A stretch of 64,000 bases of DNA from Octopus sinensis (lineage: Eukaryota). Below are positions 39,436-53,000 of the stretch, piece by piece; position 1 is the first letter of the stretch, and the number at the start of each line of letters is the position of its first letter. The stretch is taken from assembly GCF_006345805.1 (NCBI RefSeq), contig NC_043009.1, forward strand, positions 27,652,001 through 27,716,000, read 5' to 3'. Below the pieces are notes generated by a model, which worked only from the letters and a program-made list of their open reading frames with translations, searched no databases and was not told the DNA's origin. Position numbers and translations under genes: made by a program.

Positions 39436-40152
39436 CTATAAATATATATGCATGTATATATATTACTACATGGCAAGCGCCATGGATATGTGTGTACGTG
39501 TTGTTTGCTTGTGTGTAAATTTTAATTTTAGGCTCATTAATTAAAAACATTAAGCACATCAACAGAACATTCACTGATGGAATGAGGTGGGAGTTGGGGT
39601 TCCATGAATGAAAGAATATCGTATACACACACACACACACACACACATGCATATGCACACAAACACACACATATGCATATATTCAACCTATACATATACC
39701 CTGTGTTTACACGTGTGACACGAACACATCATATACACGTATGACTCTCATCATAGACATTTTGAAAATCTCCGCTTATATCTAGGAATGTAGAGATGAT
39801 TCCATCAGGGATATATGTATCAAAGTAACGTAGTATACACAGAATATAATTGCTCTGTCATTATCATTTTCTGCCCAGAGAGGTTGTCCTGCTAAAATCT
39901 GATTATCAAAAACCAGTGGATTAAAGAAGGTTACTAGGTCATTACATTATTATTCTCCTTTTGAAGTGTTGCCTGTTAATATATTGAAAGATTTGTACGA
40001 TGTCAGATTTAATCATAATATTATCCACAGCAGCTGACACAAAACACAGCAAAACCGAAAATGACCAAAATTTCCCACCAAAATCTTTGCAAATATATGC
40101 ACTATAAAGAACTGTATTTGCATTTAGATGAGTGGCGCTGTCTGCATACGTG

Positions 40153-40183
<31 letters not shown>

Positions 40184-40229
40184 ATGTGTGTGTGTGGTTG
40201 GATATATTAGTATATATATATATTTGTGT

Positions 40230-40371
40230 CTGTTACTATGTGTAGAATAAAACTCACTGACAAATGGTTCTGAATGTGATCCTGCTGTGTGGCACCTTGG
40301 GCGGGTATCTGCCACTATAACCTCAGATTGGAATTTGGTAAACAAACCCTTCAGAAGCCCATTATGTGTAT

Positions 40372-40416
<45 letters not shown>

Positions 40417-40800
40417 CACACACACTTGTGTATATATGTATATTTGTATATATAATCACACACATCATACATACATAACATGGAAAATGGATGTTAAATG
40501 ATGATGATGTACATAAGTGTGTGTAGATGTTTGTATGTGTGTATGTGTGTGCATGTGTGAGTGTTTGTGCCTCCTTGCCTTGACATCACATAACAGTTGT
40601 AAACAAGAGTCACCCTCATACAAGTGGTGTCCTTTATTTTGAATCTTCTGAGAAAACATATCTGTCCATAGGGAAATACTAACTTGGAAGAAATTGAGGG
40701 TTGGCAACTAGAAGGGCATCCAGCAATAGAAAATTTGCCTCACTGAGTTCCATTTGACCCATGTAGACATGGAAAAGTGAATGTTATAAATGAAATGAAA
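40230..40800 (+). mobile_element. SINE with family-A-like head and RTE-type tail
   Basis: Head gtggcaccttgggcgggtatctgccactata, internal CA repeat, 3' gaagggcatccagc...gacccatgtagacatggaaaagtg. Confidence 0.65.
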
Positions 40801-41126
40801 ATGAAAGGATGTATATTTAGTTTGGTTACGTATGTGTGTATAAATGTTAGCTGATAATAACTAAGCATACATCTCATACATCGATATCCAAAATACCAAG
40901 AAATACGAATATGTGTGTAAATTATATATATACATATATACACACACATATTCACACACACATATGCACACACACATATGCATTCACATATATGTGCCTA
41001 TTGATATGTATATGAATACATGGATGCTGGCCAAGAGCCAATCACACACAAAACACACATCAGTATAATGGATGAGAATGGCAAGTTTCTATTCAAGATA
41101 TATATATATATATATATATATGGTAT

Positions 41127-41161
<35 letters not shown>

Positions 41162-41809
41162 AGAGAGATAGATAGATAGATAGATAGATACATACATACA
41201 TACATACATACATACATACATAGACAGATATTTATATGTACATATAATGTAATATATATGTATACACACACATATATATGTATGTGAATATATATGTTGT
41301 GAGAATAGAATTATGCTAAAATCACTCTCGTCTGGATATGTCCATGATCATAACACATGTGAGTGATTCAGGTTGCCCTTAGATTTTAACATCTGACCTT
41401 TGTCCCTTGTAAGATTCATAGAAACATCAAATGTTCTGCTTTTTATTCAATGGATTCTGCAGTCTTAGAATTTACAGAATAATTGTGATAAGAACTAGAA
41501 TACCACAAGTTTAAGTGAATATTTGTATGGTTGTGTGAGAAAATGCCATTTTGTATGATTGTGTCTATTAGCCATGAAGTTGTTTATATTTAAAGAATGA
41601 CAATATCTTTAAGTTAGCAATAGAATGGTTTCTAATTTAGGCACAAAGTCAGCAATCTTGAAAAGGTGGAAGTTAACCAATAACTTTGACCCTATACATC
41701 ACTGACACTTGACTGACACTTGACTGGATATATGTATGCATCAATGGGTATGTGTGTGTGTGTGTGTGTGCATAGGTATGTGTGTATGTATGTACCTGGG
41801 TATGTGTAT

Positions 41810-42060
41810 GATGTCACATGGTCTGGTGGTTTAATGAGTTGCACTTGCTAGTTTCAATTCCCAGATTGGGCGGTGCATTGTGTTCTTGAGCAAAACACTT
41901 CATTTCAGGTTGCACCAGTCCGTTCAGATGTAAACGAGTTCTGGCAATAGATGGGAAGTTAACCCTGTGATGGACTGGCGTACCATCCGGGTGGGGAGTG
42001 TTATAGTCTTAGTTACTTATACCACCATTTAAACTGGGATAAGCCGGAGCTCATGCAAGT
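41810..42060 (+). mobile_element. tRNA-derived SINE with V-like domain
   Basis: ttcttgagcaaaacacttcatttc; gttaaccctgtgatggactggcgtaccatccggg. Confidence 0.8.
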
Positions 42061-42289
42061 GATGTTGTTTGTTTCTGGTCTTTTTTGAAAAACATGTTTT
42101 GCAACGAGGAAATATTAAATTTTTGGGAAACAGGTGAGGATAGGTATCAGGAGAAACATCCAAATGTAGAAAATCTGCCTCACCAAATTCCATCTGACCC
42201 ATGTAGGTATGGAAAAGTGGATGCGAAAATGATGATGATGATGATGAACAGAAATGGCTAATTTTTTTATCCTCTTTGTACTATTTTAA

Positions 42290-42725
42290 AGGCACCTGTG
42301 TTGGTGCCATGTGAAAAGCATCCAGTACACTCTGTAAAGTGGTTGGCATTAGGAAGGGCATCCAGTCATAGAAACTGTGCCAACTGGAGCCTGAAGCAGC
42401 TCTCCTGCTTGCTATCTTTGATCAAATCCTCTAACCCATGTCAGTGTGGGAAATAAATGTTAAATGATGATGATAATGACGACGACAATGATGATGATGA
42501 TGATGGTGACAATGATGACAACAACGATGATGATGATGATGATGACGATGATGACGATGATGACGATGGCAACGATGACAACGATGATAATGATGATGAT
42601 GACAACGATGATGATGATGATGATGACGATGATGACGATGATGACGATGGCAACGATGACAACGATGATAGTAATGATGATGACAACGATGATGATGATA
42701 ATGGTGATGATGATGATAATGACAA
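42290..42725 (+). mobile_element. RTE-type 3' end with expanded (GAT/GAC/AAC)n tail
   Basis: ggtgccatgtgaaaagcatccagtacactctgtaaagtggttggcattaggaagggcatccag ... gttaaatgatgatg. Confidence 0.75.
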
Positions 42726-43064
42726 TTCTTCAAGTCTAAATTTAAAATGAAATGATATACCAACTGAGTTAAAATAAGGATGAGCAGACGATGGAAGCAG
42801 CAGTGGCAGCAGTAGCAGCAGATGGGAAGAAATATTGAGATTAAATTCGCAAGCAACTTGTACTTATGTAATTAAGTAGGGATGAGGTGGAGAAGGAAGC
42901 ATTGAATTAGTACAGAGATTTAATTGGAAATAATGATTGGAAATAAAAAGAAAACAATAAATAAATATAAGATAAAATAAACATGGAGAGACAGAAAGAA
43001 AAAAGAAAAGGGAAAAGGAAAAAGATAAACTAGAAATGGAAAGGTAGGGAACTGGTAAGATTAA

Positions 43065-43800
43065 TGATGATGATGATGATGGTGATGAGGATGATGATGA
43101 TGATGCTAGAGAGGTGGTTGTAGTGGTGGTGATGATGATGATGATGATGACGATGATGATGATGATGACGACAATGATGATGATGAAGATGATGATGGTA
43201 ATGGTGAGTGTAATGGTGGTGATGATGACCATGATAATGATAATGCTGCTGCTGCTGCTACTGCTACCGCTGCTGCTGCTGATGATAGTGGTGATGGTAG
43301 TGATGGTGGTGGTGGTGGTGGTGGTGGTGGTGCGGTGGTCATGGTGGTAATAGTGATGGTGGTGGTGTTGATAACGAGGAGGAAGTTTATGGGGATTTGA
43401 TGATGAGGATGATGGTGGTGATGACAGTGGTGATAAAGGTGATGATGATGATGATGATGATGATTATGATGATGGTAATGATGGCAGTAGCAGCAGCTAC
43501 ATGATGACGATGATGCTAATGATAGTGATTATGGCTTTTCTAGTATTGCTGATGTTAATGACGACAGCGATGATGATGACAATAACTACAATGACGACGA
43601 CGATGATGACGATGACGATGATGATAACGACGACGATGACGACGACGATGATGACGACGATGACGACGACGCAATGATGATTCAGACAAGGAAGGTGATT
43701 AATGGTGGTATTGGAGCCGATGGTAACAGTGATTAATGTTTGAGTGGTAATAACAGAGCTGAACAACAACAACTACAACAACAACAAAAGACAGAGATCA
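43065..43800. repeat. Compound (GAT/GGT/GCT/GAC)n trinucleotide arrays
   Basis: Directly visible. Confidence 0.9.
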
Positions 43801-44937
43801 AACAGTGCACAAAGAGTCCGTTTTCTTGCGCTGGAGGTTAAAATTTAAATAAGGGAACTTGTTGCATAAAAATGTAACAAGAGGGGCAAACGCTAATTTC
43901 ACAGCATTTATCATGGAAGCCCGCACATCGTTATATCATTGAAGTCTTTTCTCTCTCACCTCCCTGTCATCTAAAATGACGATGTAATAACACAGCACAG
44001 ACCACATTGAAGGAACACAAAGAGTGTAGGAATTCTTTCTACCAATTGCATTTCAACAGAAGATATTTATTAAAATGCTATTAATTAAATTTTTAAAAAA
44101 ATAATTAAATTTAAATAAAGAAATATAATTAAAAGTGAAGGAAGCTTAAAAGATCCCTTAATGAGAATATAGCTTTTTATTTTTGAAAAAAAAATAGGAA
44201 AAAATTATAGTTGAAGAATAATAATTTCTTGTCTTGTGGAATTTTCTGGGTTTTGTGAAGTGGAGAAGGAAATGGAAAATAAAAATGAGAATGAGAACAA
44301 CAAAAGATAAATAAATAAATAAATGAAAAAATCTATAACACACAATAATAAAAATGAAAATGTTGGGAATTTCAAGAAGCATATTTTCAGAGAATGTATC
44401 TAAAAATTGCTTCTATTATGTGTTTATATTAACTTTAATTAAAGATATTTATTCAGAAATTTGGAGACTAGAATATTCTGAATTTTAAACAATATGAGAA
44501 AGTTATTCTTAACTTAAAACAAAAGAAATGATATCTTTGTCAAGGTATCTATTGCAAAAAGCTGACTTGCAACAAAAAGATTGAAAATAAATAACCTCAA
44601 TTCCCACCCCCTACCAGAACAAAAAAAAAGAAGAAATATAAATACGTAAATAAAATATAGCAAGAAAATGGCGAAGTTCCTGAAAGGAGAAGATAAAATA
44701 AAGCCGCAAATGTGCTGTGCTTATTGTACCATGAGAAGTAATTATATAAGCTGTCTATAGCTTGAAAGTTACATATCAATACGACATACGAATGATATTA
44801 GAAATGGTCTATGGATGGATAATTTAATTTCATTCCTTGTCTGTCTATCAATTTATTTGTCCATCTGTCTGAGAGTTTTTGCCTAGATTTGTCCTACCTT
44901 GTTATTATCATTATTACTAATATTATTGCTATTATCC

Positions 44938-44992
<55 letters not shown>

Positions 44993-45456
44993 TATTATTA
45001 TTATCATTATTATTATTATGTTTTGCCTTGTGGATTTTCTTGTGCATACATTTACCAGTACCAAAGAGACCACGTGCCTTGCTTACCCAACTACGACAAA
45101 ATATATATCAGTCTGCAAATTTATAAATGCATGCATGAATGTATAATGCAAATAAATTTAGCTTGTAGTTGCTATCTTAAAGCTTTATACAAAATATTCT
45201 TCAAACAAAGACAGTCAATAACAAGGAAAGATTTCCATGGTGTAGCAACTAAACAAGAACAAGATAAGTGGTTTTCTAGTTTATGATATTGTATCTGAAC
45301 TCTTTCACATCAGAGTCAACAAAAAATAATCAGTTTTAATTTCAACTGAACATTCTATAATCCTCGGTTAAAGGAAGCAGGAAGCTGTGTATTATTAACT
45401 CTCGCAGAATTCAGTTTCACATAAAATTACAAGCTGTATAGCAAGTTCAAATTACA

Positions 45457-46035
45457 CACAGACATGCAGGAAGTAAGTAGACCCCTTTAATTTTCAGAAT
45501 CTTTTATTTGATATTAATTGGTTGAAGGAAAGGTTTTCTTCTAGCTGCTCGTCCATAATACCCAAGCTTATGCAGATATGTAACACACATTCTTGGACTA
45601 ACTTCTAGCTGTTTTGCAATGTCAGAAGCCTTCGAACAGGGTTCGTTTTCCACAATTCTCTTCAAACAGCAAAGTTTCCTTTCTGAAGGCCCAGGTGGGC
45701 CAGGACAAGAATCTATTGATTCTTTTCCTTGGCTTTTGAATTGCACTATAATTCCATTAACTATAGCAAGAAGAATTTGAAGATTTTTGGTAATTTTTCG
45801 CTGGCTAAGTCCAGCCTCAGATTGCTGAGCAATACGACATCTTTGAAAATCTGACAGTTCTGCTGAATTTTTTGTGCGTTGCATGGTTACTCTTCACAAA
45901 TGCTTAATATTATGGCACATGGAATGAAAAAGAATAATTACATTGTAAATTCTACACCGCTGAAAACATATTAAGATGCTTAGATCAGAAATTTTTTTAA
46001 ATTAAAGACGACTATTTACTTCCTGTATGTCTGTG
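45457..46035 (-). mobile_element. Internally deleted Tc1-like transposon
   Basis: 37-bp TIRs cacagacatgcaggaagtaagtagacccctttaattt / aaattaaagacgactatttacttcctgtatgtctgtg (5 mismatches) enclosing a Tc1 N-terminal ORF. Confidence 0.9.
45504..45884 (-). CDS. Tc1 transposase N-terminal DNA-binding region only (126 aa; DDE domain absent)
   Basis: ELSDFQRCRI..GLSQRKI (paired-like HTH), GPPGPSER linker, ASDIAKQLEVSPR..LHKLGYYGRAARRKPFL (second HTH and basic motif); uninterrupted from ATG to stop. Expression unknown. Confidence 0.6.
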   Translation of the reverse strand: MQRTKNSAELSDFQRCRIAQQSEAGLSQRKITKNLQILLAIVNGIIVQFKSQGKESIDSCPGPPGPSERKLCCLKRIVENEPCSKASDIAKQLEVSPRMCVTYLHKLGYYGRAARRKPFLQPINIK

Positions 46036-46383
46036 TATATGCATTCAAACACACACATGTACACACACATGTATGTATGTAGATGGACATTCATTTATAA
46101 AATATATTATAAAAATAGTATTTTATTTTATGTTAGCTCTTTTCCTTATAAGGTAGAAACCTGTATCATATTTCTCACATAGGTGAAAATGGTGAAGTGC
46201 ATGGTTGTTTCATAAATCCCAAAGAATTTCATATATTTTTTAACAATACATGCATATGTGCACAAACACACACTTAGACAATCAGACATATATACACACA
46301 TGCACACACATGCATCTGTAGCTATCTATCTATAGATGTATCTCTTTATCTACATGTATGTGTGTGTAAACTTATATATTATG

Positions 46384-46411
<28 letters not shown>

Positions 46412-46417
<6 letters not shown>

Positions 46418-46847
46418 GAGGGCATTATACATACATGCCACACGCTAAGAGGGACAATTAGTCATTTCTACCAAAAATATTACTAATCCCACCGAATGCA
46501 ATTTTTCAAAGTAAGACATTTAAAAAATATATACCTTTATCACAGTGATTTCATACTTACGTATTCATCAGCAGGCCTGAATGTATCATAAATAAACGAC
46601 CCTGTCCCGCTTAAGCCGATCAGCTAACTGATCAACATCAACGAAGCACATGGGTGATACATTTTATTTATGATACATTCAGGCCTGCTGATGAATACGT
46701 AAGTATGAAATCACTGTGATACAGGTCTATATTTTTTAAATGTCTTACTTTGAAAAATTGCATTCGGTGGGATTAGTAATATTTTTGGTAGAAATGACTA
46801 ATTGTCCCTCTTAGCGTGTGGCATGTATGTATAATGCCCTCTATATA
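46412..46847. mobile_element. Young long-TIR palindromic non-autonomous DNA transposon (GAG...CTC termini; Sola-like?)
   Basis: ~185-bp arms (46412-46596, 46663-46847) with 2 mismatches, 66-bp spacer, TATA on both sides, inserted in (TA)n. Confidence 0.8.
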
Positions 46848-47007
46848 TAAATTAATATGTTCAATAAGAAATAATTATTTTCGAAATTTTTTCTCTTATG
46901 AGGTTTTCACGCTATCTACCTGACAATTTCTTGTTAAGTTTTCCTTATTAAGTGGTTGTCCTTAATTGCTATATATATATATATATACATATGTATGGAA
47001 GGATGTA

Positions 47008-47040
<33 letters not shown>

Positions 47041-48295
47041 CTATATACATACATATGTTTATATATGCATATATATATATGTTTATATATGTATATATAG
47101 GTTTGTGTTGGTGTGTGACGGAACGATACATAGATACATAGATTACATAGGTTTGACATTATTGTTAACCTTCCTCAGCATTTTCTGATATCCATTTCCA
47201 AGACTTCAGATAGAAATGAATTCCCTGAAGCTATTCTTCTGATGGCAGAAAATAATTCTTGTGTCCTGTCTTATGCATTTTACTTCGATATTTCTTCATT
47301 ATACACAAGCTGAAATCTTATCTTTGCAAGTTGTAAACTAACAGGTTCTGAAGAATTTTGGCTGAGTATATGAAGAGTGACACATCCAAATATTATTCTC
47401 AATACTTTGGCTGTTCTTAAACATACAGTTTTGCTAAAAAATTGGTTTGATTCCGGAGGTGTAAATTGATCATAGTAAGAAAGCAAGACCACTGTATATA
47501 TTTCACCCATCATTCATTATCTTGGTGTTGTGAAATCTAATTCCACTATGAGTCATCATTTAGAGATACAAACTTTTCAATATAGCAGCTGGCTTACACA
47601 GTCCTGCATACATATATACACATGTATGTATACCATATATAGAGAGATAGAAAGAGAGAGACAGACAGACAGACAGACAGAGACAGATGCACACACAGAC
47701 ATGGAAATATAGGTATATCAAATACCATACAACTTAGTGTCTTTATTTGTTAAAATCATTTCCACCACAAGATGTGTCACAATTACCCAATGCAAATCAA
47801 TACCAGTTCCATATAAGAAGGTGATATAAATTCAAGAATGAAGGAATTTTCGAAGTTAACATGCTTTTTGGATGGAGATAAGTGGATGGTTATGGACGAC
47901 CCTAGCAATCATCAGATCAGCACAATTGTCTTACTTTAACTCCAGCAGCCAAGAGACATTGACACATGCTAAAGATGAAACTTTTCTGCACCCCTTGTAT
48001 ATATATATATAAATACACACACACACACAGACACATACATACAATAAGATATTACAATATATTAATATATTAAGATGTATTGAATAGATTATAACATATG
48101 TGGTTATGGCAAGTAAAACCCAAAAGGAAAATTGATAATTGACCCTGCAAAATAGCACTTACAATTGCTAGAAATGAGAACTAAAATTTAACTCAAACAG
48201 CCACACAAAAGCACTAACCTCTTGAAATATTTGGGACTGCAAGCAGCAAGCACATCTTTCATTGGTGAGATGCACTTGCAGAATGCAGTATATAT

Positions 48296-48332
<37 letters not shown>

Positions 48333-48333
48333 C

Positions 48334-48850
48334 GTCATCATCATCATCATCGTTTAACGTCCATTTTCCATGTTGGCATGGGTTGGACAGTTTGACTGAG
48401 GACTGGCAAGTCAGTAGGCTGCACCAAGCTCCAATATGATCTGGCAAGGTTTCTACAGCTGGATGCCCTTCCTAACTCTGAGAGTGTAGTGGGTGCTTTT
48501 TAAGTGCCACCAGCATGGGAGCCAGTCAGGTAGCACTGGCATTGGCCACAACTAGGATTTCCATTTTGATTTTGATTTTTTGATTTTACGCGACTCAATA
48601 GTTCTTCTCAAGCACAGTGTATCACCTGATGATTCAAGGGTACTTTTAAATGGGCTGGTTATGCAATAGTGGTATCAGCCATGGCTGTGATCTCACTTTA
48701 CTTGCTGGGTCTTCTCAATCACAGCATATCTCCATGGGTCTCGGTCTCTTGTCATTGTCTCTGTGAGGACCAACATTTGAAGGTCATGCTTCACCACCTC
48801 ATCCCATGTCTTCCTGTGTCTCCCACTTCCAATGGTTACTTCCATTGTTA
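48334..48850 (-). mobile_element. 5'-truncated RTE-clade LINE 3' end
   Basis: Minus ORF GRHRKTWDEVVKHDLQMLVLTETMTRDRDPWRYAVIEK* matches the RTE C-terminal GRP.KTW...V..DL.......DR..WR pattern, then 3'UTR and (GAT)n tail. Confidence 0.85.
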
Positions 48851-48861
48851 GGGTGTGTGTG

Positions 48862-48906
<45 letters not shown>

Positions 48907-49099
48907 GTGTACATTTAAACACAAGAGAAACTACCTTTAACAGGTAATTTTACCTGCTAGAAGAAGCAGTCAAAACCACCAAAACTACGCTGTAAAAAAT
49001 AAAATAAAGCTGAAGCAAGTGAACACCAAATATATAGTACATGTGTTTTTATTGGCTAAACTGGCAACATGACCATCCCTAAATACAACTATATATATA

Positions 49100-49145
49100 T
49101 ATATAGACAGACAGACAGACAGACAGACAGATAGATAGATAGATT

Positions 49146-49225
<80 letters not shown>

Positions 49226-49240
49226 TAGATAGATAGATAC
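49100..49240. repeat. (GACA)n(GATA)n microsatellite
   Basis: Directly visible. Confidence 0.95.
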
Positions 49241-49864
49241 ACACATACACATTTAATTTTATTAAAATGCTGGATTAAGCATTGATCATACCCCAACCAC
49301 CATCAATTTGGTCATCTGATGGTTCATCAGGAAAAATGATGACAATGGGGGATTAATATATTTACTCTCAATGGACTGATGAATGATATAACTGACAATT
49401 GTTATGTGATTGATGATTAATCTAGATATTGAAATATGATTATTAGATTCGACATCTTAGTATTGAATGACAAATAAAAATTATCTGTCAATTAGCAAAT
49501 TCTAAATTAGAAAAAAATGGATTTCTGATGTCAATTAAGAAAAATTAGAATGAGGTAAATGGTTCAAATCCTAAAAATCTATTCTCTGGAAAAAGGAAAT
49601 TTAAAGAATTTAAAATTGGTAAATAATGACGAGATCAATAATGAGTGTTTTGCAGGACTTAAATACTATAATTTTATTGCAGTAAATTAAACCGTCACTC
49701 TGTAATGCTTCTGGTGTCAATAACATAAAAATTAGATTTATGCTGGTATTGAATTAATTGATTCTAAGTCAATTTCTGTAGATTACTCTGAAAAAAATGG
49801 AACTGGCCTCATGACCTGATGAAGAGAATCAATATATTTAGTATTTGTTATTCAGGTGAACAAT

Positions 49865-50260
49865 TGTGGGCCTCACAGAGGCAAAGTGGCTGAGTACCTT
49901 TCGAGTGATGGGCCTCATGGAGACAATGGCCAAGACTTTGGCATTATGTCATGCTTGGGAAGAAGATCTATCAAGCCAAGCAAAATCATATTCATGGCAG
50001 ATACCAGTGTCAGACAAATTGGCACCCTTGCCGGTGGCACACAAATGCACTCTGGTGTCATGCAAAAGACACCCGTGCTGGTGGCATGTAAAAGAACCCA
50101 TTACACTCTCAGAGAAGGTGGTGTTAGGAAGGGCATCCAGCTGTAGAAAACCATGCCAAATCAGAGTGGAGTCTGGGTCTGGTGCAGCCTTTCAGCATGC
50201 CAACCCAGTCAAACAATCCAATCCATGTCAGCATGGACAACAGGTGTTAAATGATGATCA
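49865..50260 (+). mobile_element. RTE-type 3' end, degenerate
   Basis: gggcctcacagaggca (GLTEA), aggaagggcatccagctgtagaaaacc, gttaaatgatgat tail. Confidence 0.7.
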
Positions 50261-50788
50261 AGTTATCCAAAGGTATGTCACAGCTCAGAAAAATGGTTCA
50301 TTTGAAACCCATTTTGGGTATTAATACTATGTTTTCATACAAAACAGCTTAATTAGCTTAGAAATTAATTCTAAAACCTGGTTCGATTTCCTTAAATAGT
50401 AAGTACTGTCTTGAGTCTGTGGGCTCAGAGAGCCTGTTACCTGGTTTACAGAGCATATAAGTGGCCTGAGATCACAATATTTCTCCTGAAGTCTGTCACA
50501 GGGTTACTCACACCTGAATGGATTGGAGTAACATGAAATGAAATGTTTTATTCAAGAATGCAATGCACTTCCTCGTCTGGGAATTGAAACAACACCTTCT
50601 GATCATGCGGACAACACCCTAACCACAAAGCCATATACCTCACCATTATCCTTAACTGGAATTTTCAAAAATGGTATTTGCATATTTCCATTTCATGTTA
50701 TTGAATTTCACTTATTTTTATCATTTGATCAATGACCATTGGGCTGGTTACACTTCATCAACATTCCAATTGATTGAAACTATATTGA

Positions 50789-51008
50789 CCCTTTAGCATT
50801 TAGTCCAACGATATCTGGCTCAAATATTTTACTTGTTTTATATTCAAACTAGCCAGATCTGACCTTTGATACCTACCCTACTATGTCATTCTAAAAATAA
50901 ACAATCACATCATTGAAATCTCAAAGCTACAGGATAACATATTATTAATTCAAAACAATGTGAATAAATACATATTACATTTGACAGAGTAGTCCGAATG
51001 CTAAAGGG
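50789..51008 (+). mobile_element. piggyBac-like MITE (220 bp)
   Basis: TTGA/TTAA flanks and CCCTTTAGCATT...AATGCTAAAGGG TIRs. Confidence 0.85.
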
Positions 51009-51199
51009 TTAAATCCTATAAAGTACATTACATCAATTATGAAATTACTTCAATTTCAGCTTGAGAGATTTGATCATGCTGGGGCATTGCTGTTGTTCAG
51101 CTTAACTGCAACGAATATTTGTTTAACCATAATTTCAAGAGATTACCTTCTCAATTGGAAAAAAATTTTGAATTGAAGTTCAAAACCAGAAATTTTGAA

Positions 51200-51560
51200 G
51201 GAAAAGAATTAGTTGATTACATCCATTCTGGTACATGAAGGGTTCATTAATTTAAAAGGTTCACTAATTTAAAGGCAAAGTTGACTGTGGCAGGATTTGA
51301 ACTCAAAACAGAAATGTAACCAAATACCCCATTTTGTCCAATAAACTGCCCTTATCCATGTAATATTCTTTTCTCCTCTAGGTACAAGGCCTAAAATTTT
51401 GGGAAGGGGCCAGATGATTAGATGGACTCTAGTACGCAACTGGTACTTAATTTATCGATCCCAAAAGGATGAAAGGTAAAGTCGACCTCAGTGGAATTTG
51501 AACTCAGAACGTAAAGACAGATGAACTGCTACTAAGCATACTACTCCTGATTTCTAATGA
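51200..51560 (-). mobile_element. Two tandem Nin/Deu-domain SINEs
   Basis: aggcaaagttgactgtggcaggatttgaactc and ggatgaaaggtaaagtcgacctcagtggaatttgaactcagaacg. Confidence 0.8.
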
Positions 51561-52088
51561 TTCTCCCCATTCACTGCATTATTAAAATTTAATATCAGTA
51601 TCAATAATTCTGTGTCAGTTTAAAGATAATTTCGTCCAACTCATTTCAGTTTTGTCATCCATCACTATTTTCTGTTTTTTAGTTCTTTTGTAATTTTGTA
51701 ACCTGAATTTCAGAATCAGTCAAAGAGATTTTGGCAGTTGCTGTCATTCATGACCTGGTTTTCATTGCGTTTTAAAACCATTTTTATTTCTTTATAACGG
51801 AGCAATGAATGCTACAGTTTTTGACACTCACTCTTACAAACGGGTCAGAGAATGAAGGTTAATGTTTAAGGACCTTTTTTTGTTTTTGTTTAGGGCCCTC
51901 AAGATAGTTGGTAGGAAGAGAAGACGATATCTTCAATGCCAGAGACCTGGACCATACACCTGCAGTAGAGCTTGAATCTGTTAAAGGTACCTGAAGATAG
52001 GGGGAGCTGGAGGGCATGTGTTAAGCAGAGTAAATGATTAAGCCTACCAGCTAAAGAGAAAAGAGAGCAATTTAACAATAACCATTGT

Positions 52089-52147
<59 letters not shown>

Positions 52148-52214
52148 GTAGTGTTGTTACTAATAATACTTTTTTTACTTCTAGTTTGACTTCAACAATC
52201 ACTGGAGGTTACCC

Positions 52215-52859
52215 AACTTCACATATACACACACACACACACACGCACATACACACACACACGCACACACACACACACGCACATGCATATGCATGCACAT
52301 ATACACACGCACTCACTGAACACTCTGACTATTAGTATTCTATAATTATTGACTACGTTTGCTGCTGCGATTTATAATTAATTCCGTTTTGACAGCATTG
52401 TGACTCAAGGCTGCTACAAATTAGTATTTCATTTGTCTTGGAAAAATGTAATACGCTCCACCCTCCACCCATAGACGCATGCACACACACACACTATCAC
52501 CACAAGTCATTCAGGTGGGTTAAATTCTTTTATTATATATTACCATTTGTATTCGTTCAATTTGTGTGCTTGTGTATGTTACTAGTGTGTGTATATGTAT
52601 ATGTATATGTGTGTGTGTGTATATGCATATATATATATATATATATACATATATGCATTTATATATACACTCATATAAATACATATATATATACATGTAT
52701 ATATGAATATATATGTATGCATGTATATAAATATATATATATATATATATACATATACATATCCACACACACATATACATATATATATATGCATAGATAC
52801 ACAAAAATATATGTGTTTATATATATAAGTGTATATACATATGTATATGTGTGTATATA

Positions 52860-52900
<41 letters not shown>

Positions 52901-53000
52901 TATATATATACAGTTATGTACGTATGTATATATCAGTGTGTACCTGTGTGTATTCACCTGTGATTGTCTCTCCATGTGTAGGTATGTAGGTGTACGTGTA
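52215..53000. repeat. (CA)n and (TA/TG)n microsatellite blocks
   Basis: Directly visible. Confidence 0.9.

Noticed and set aside
47179-47315. Strong acceptor followed by a 44-codon open frame
   Set aside because: No good downstream donor or polyA evidence and no homology; likely a pseudo-acceptor.
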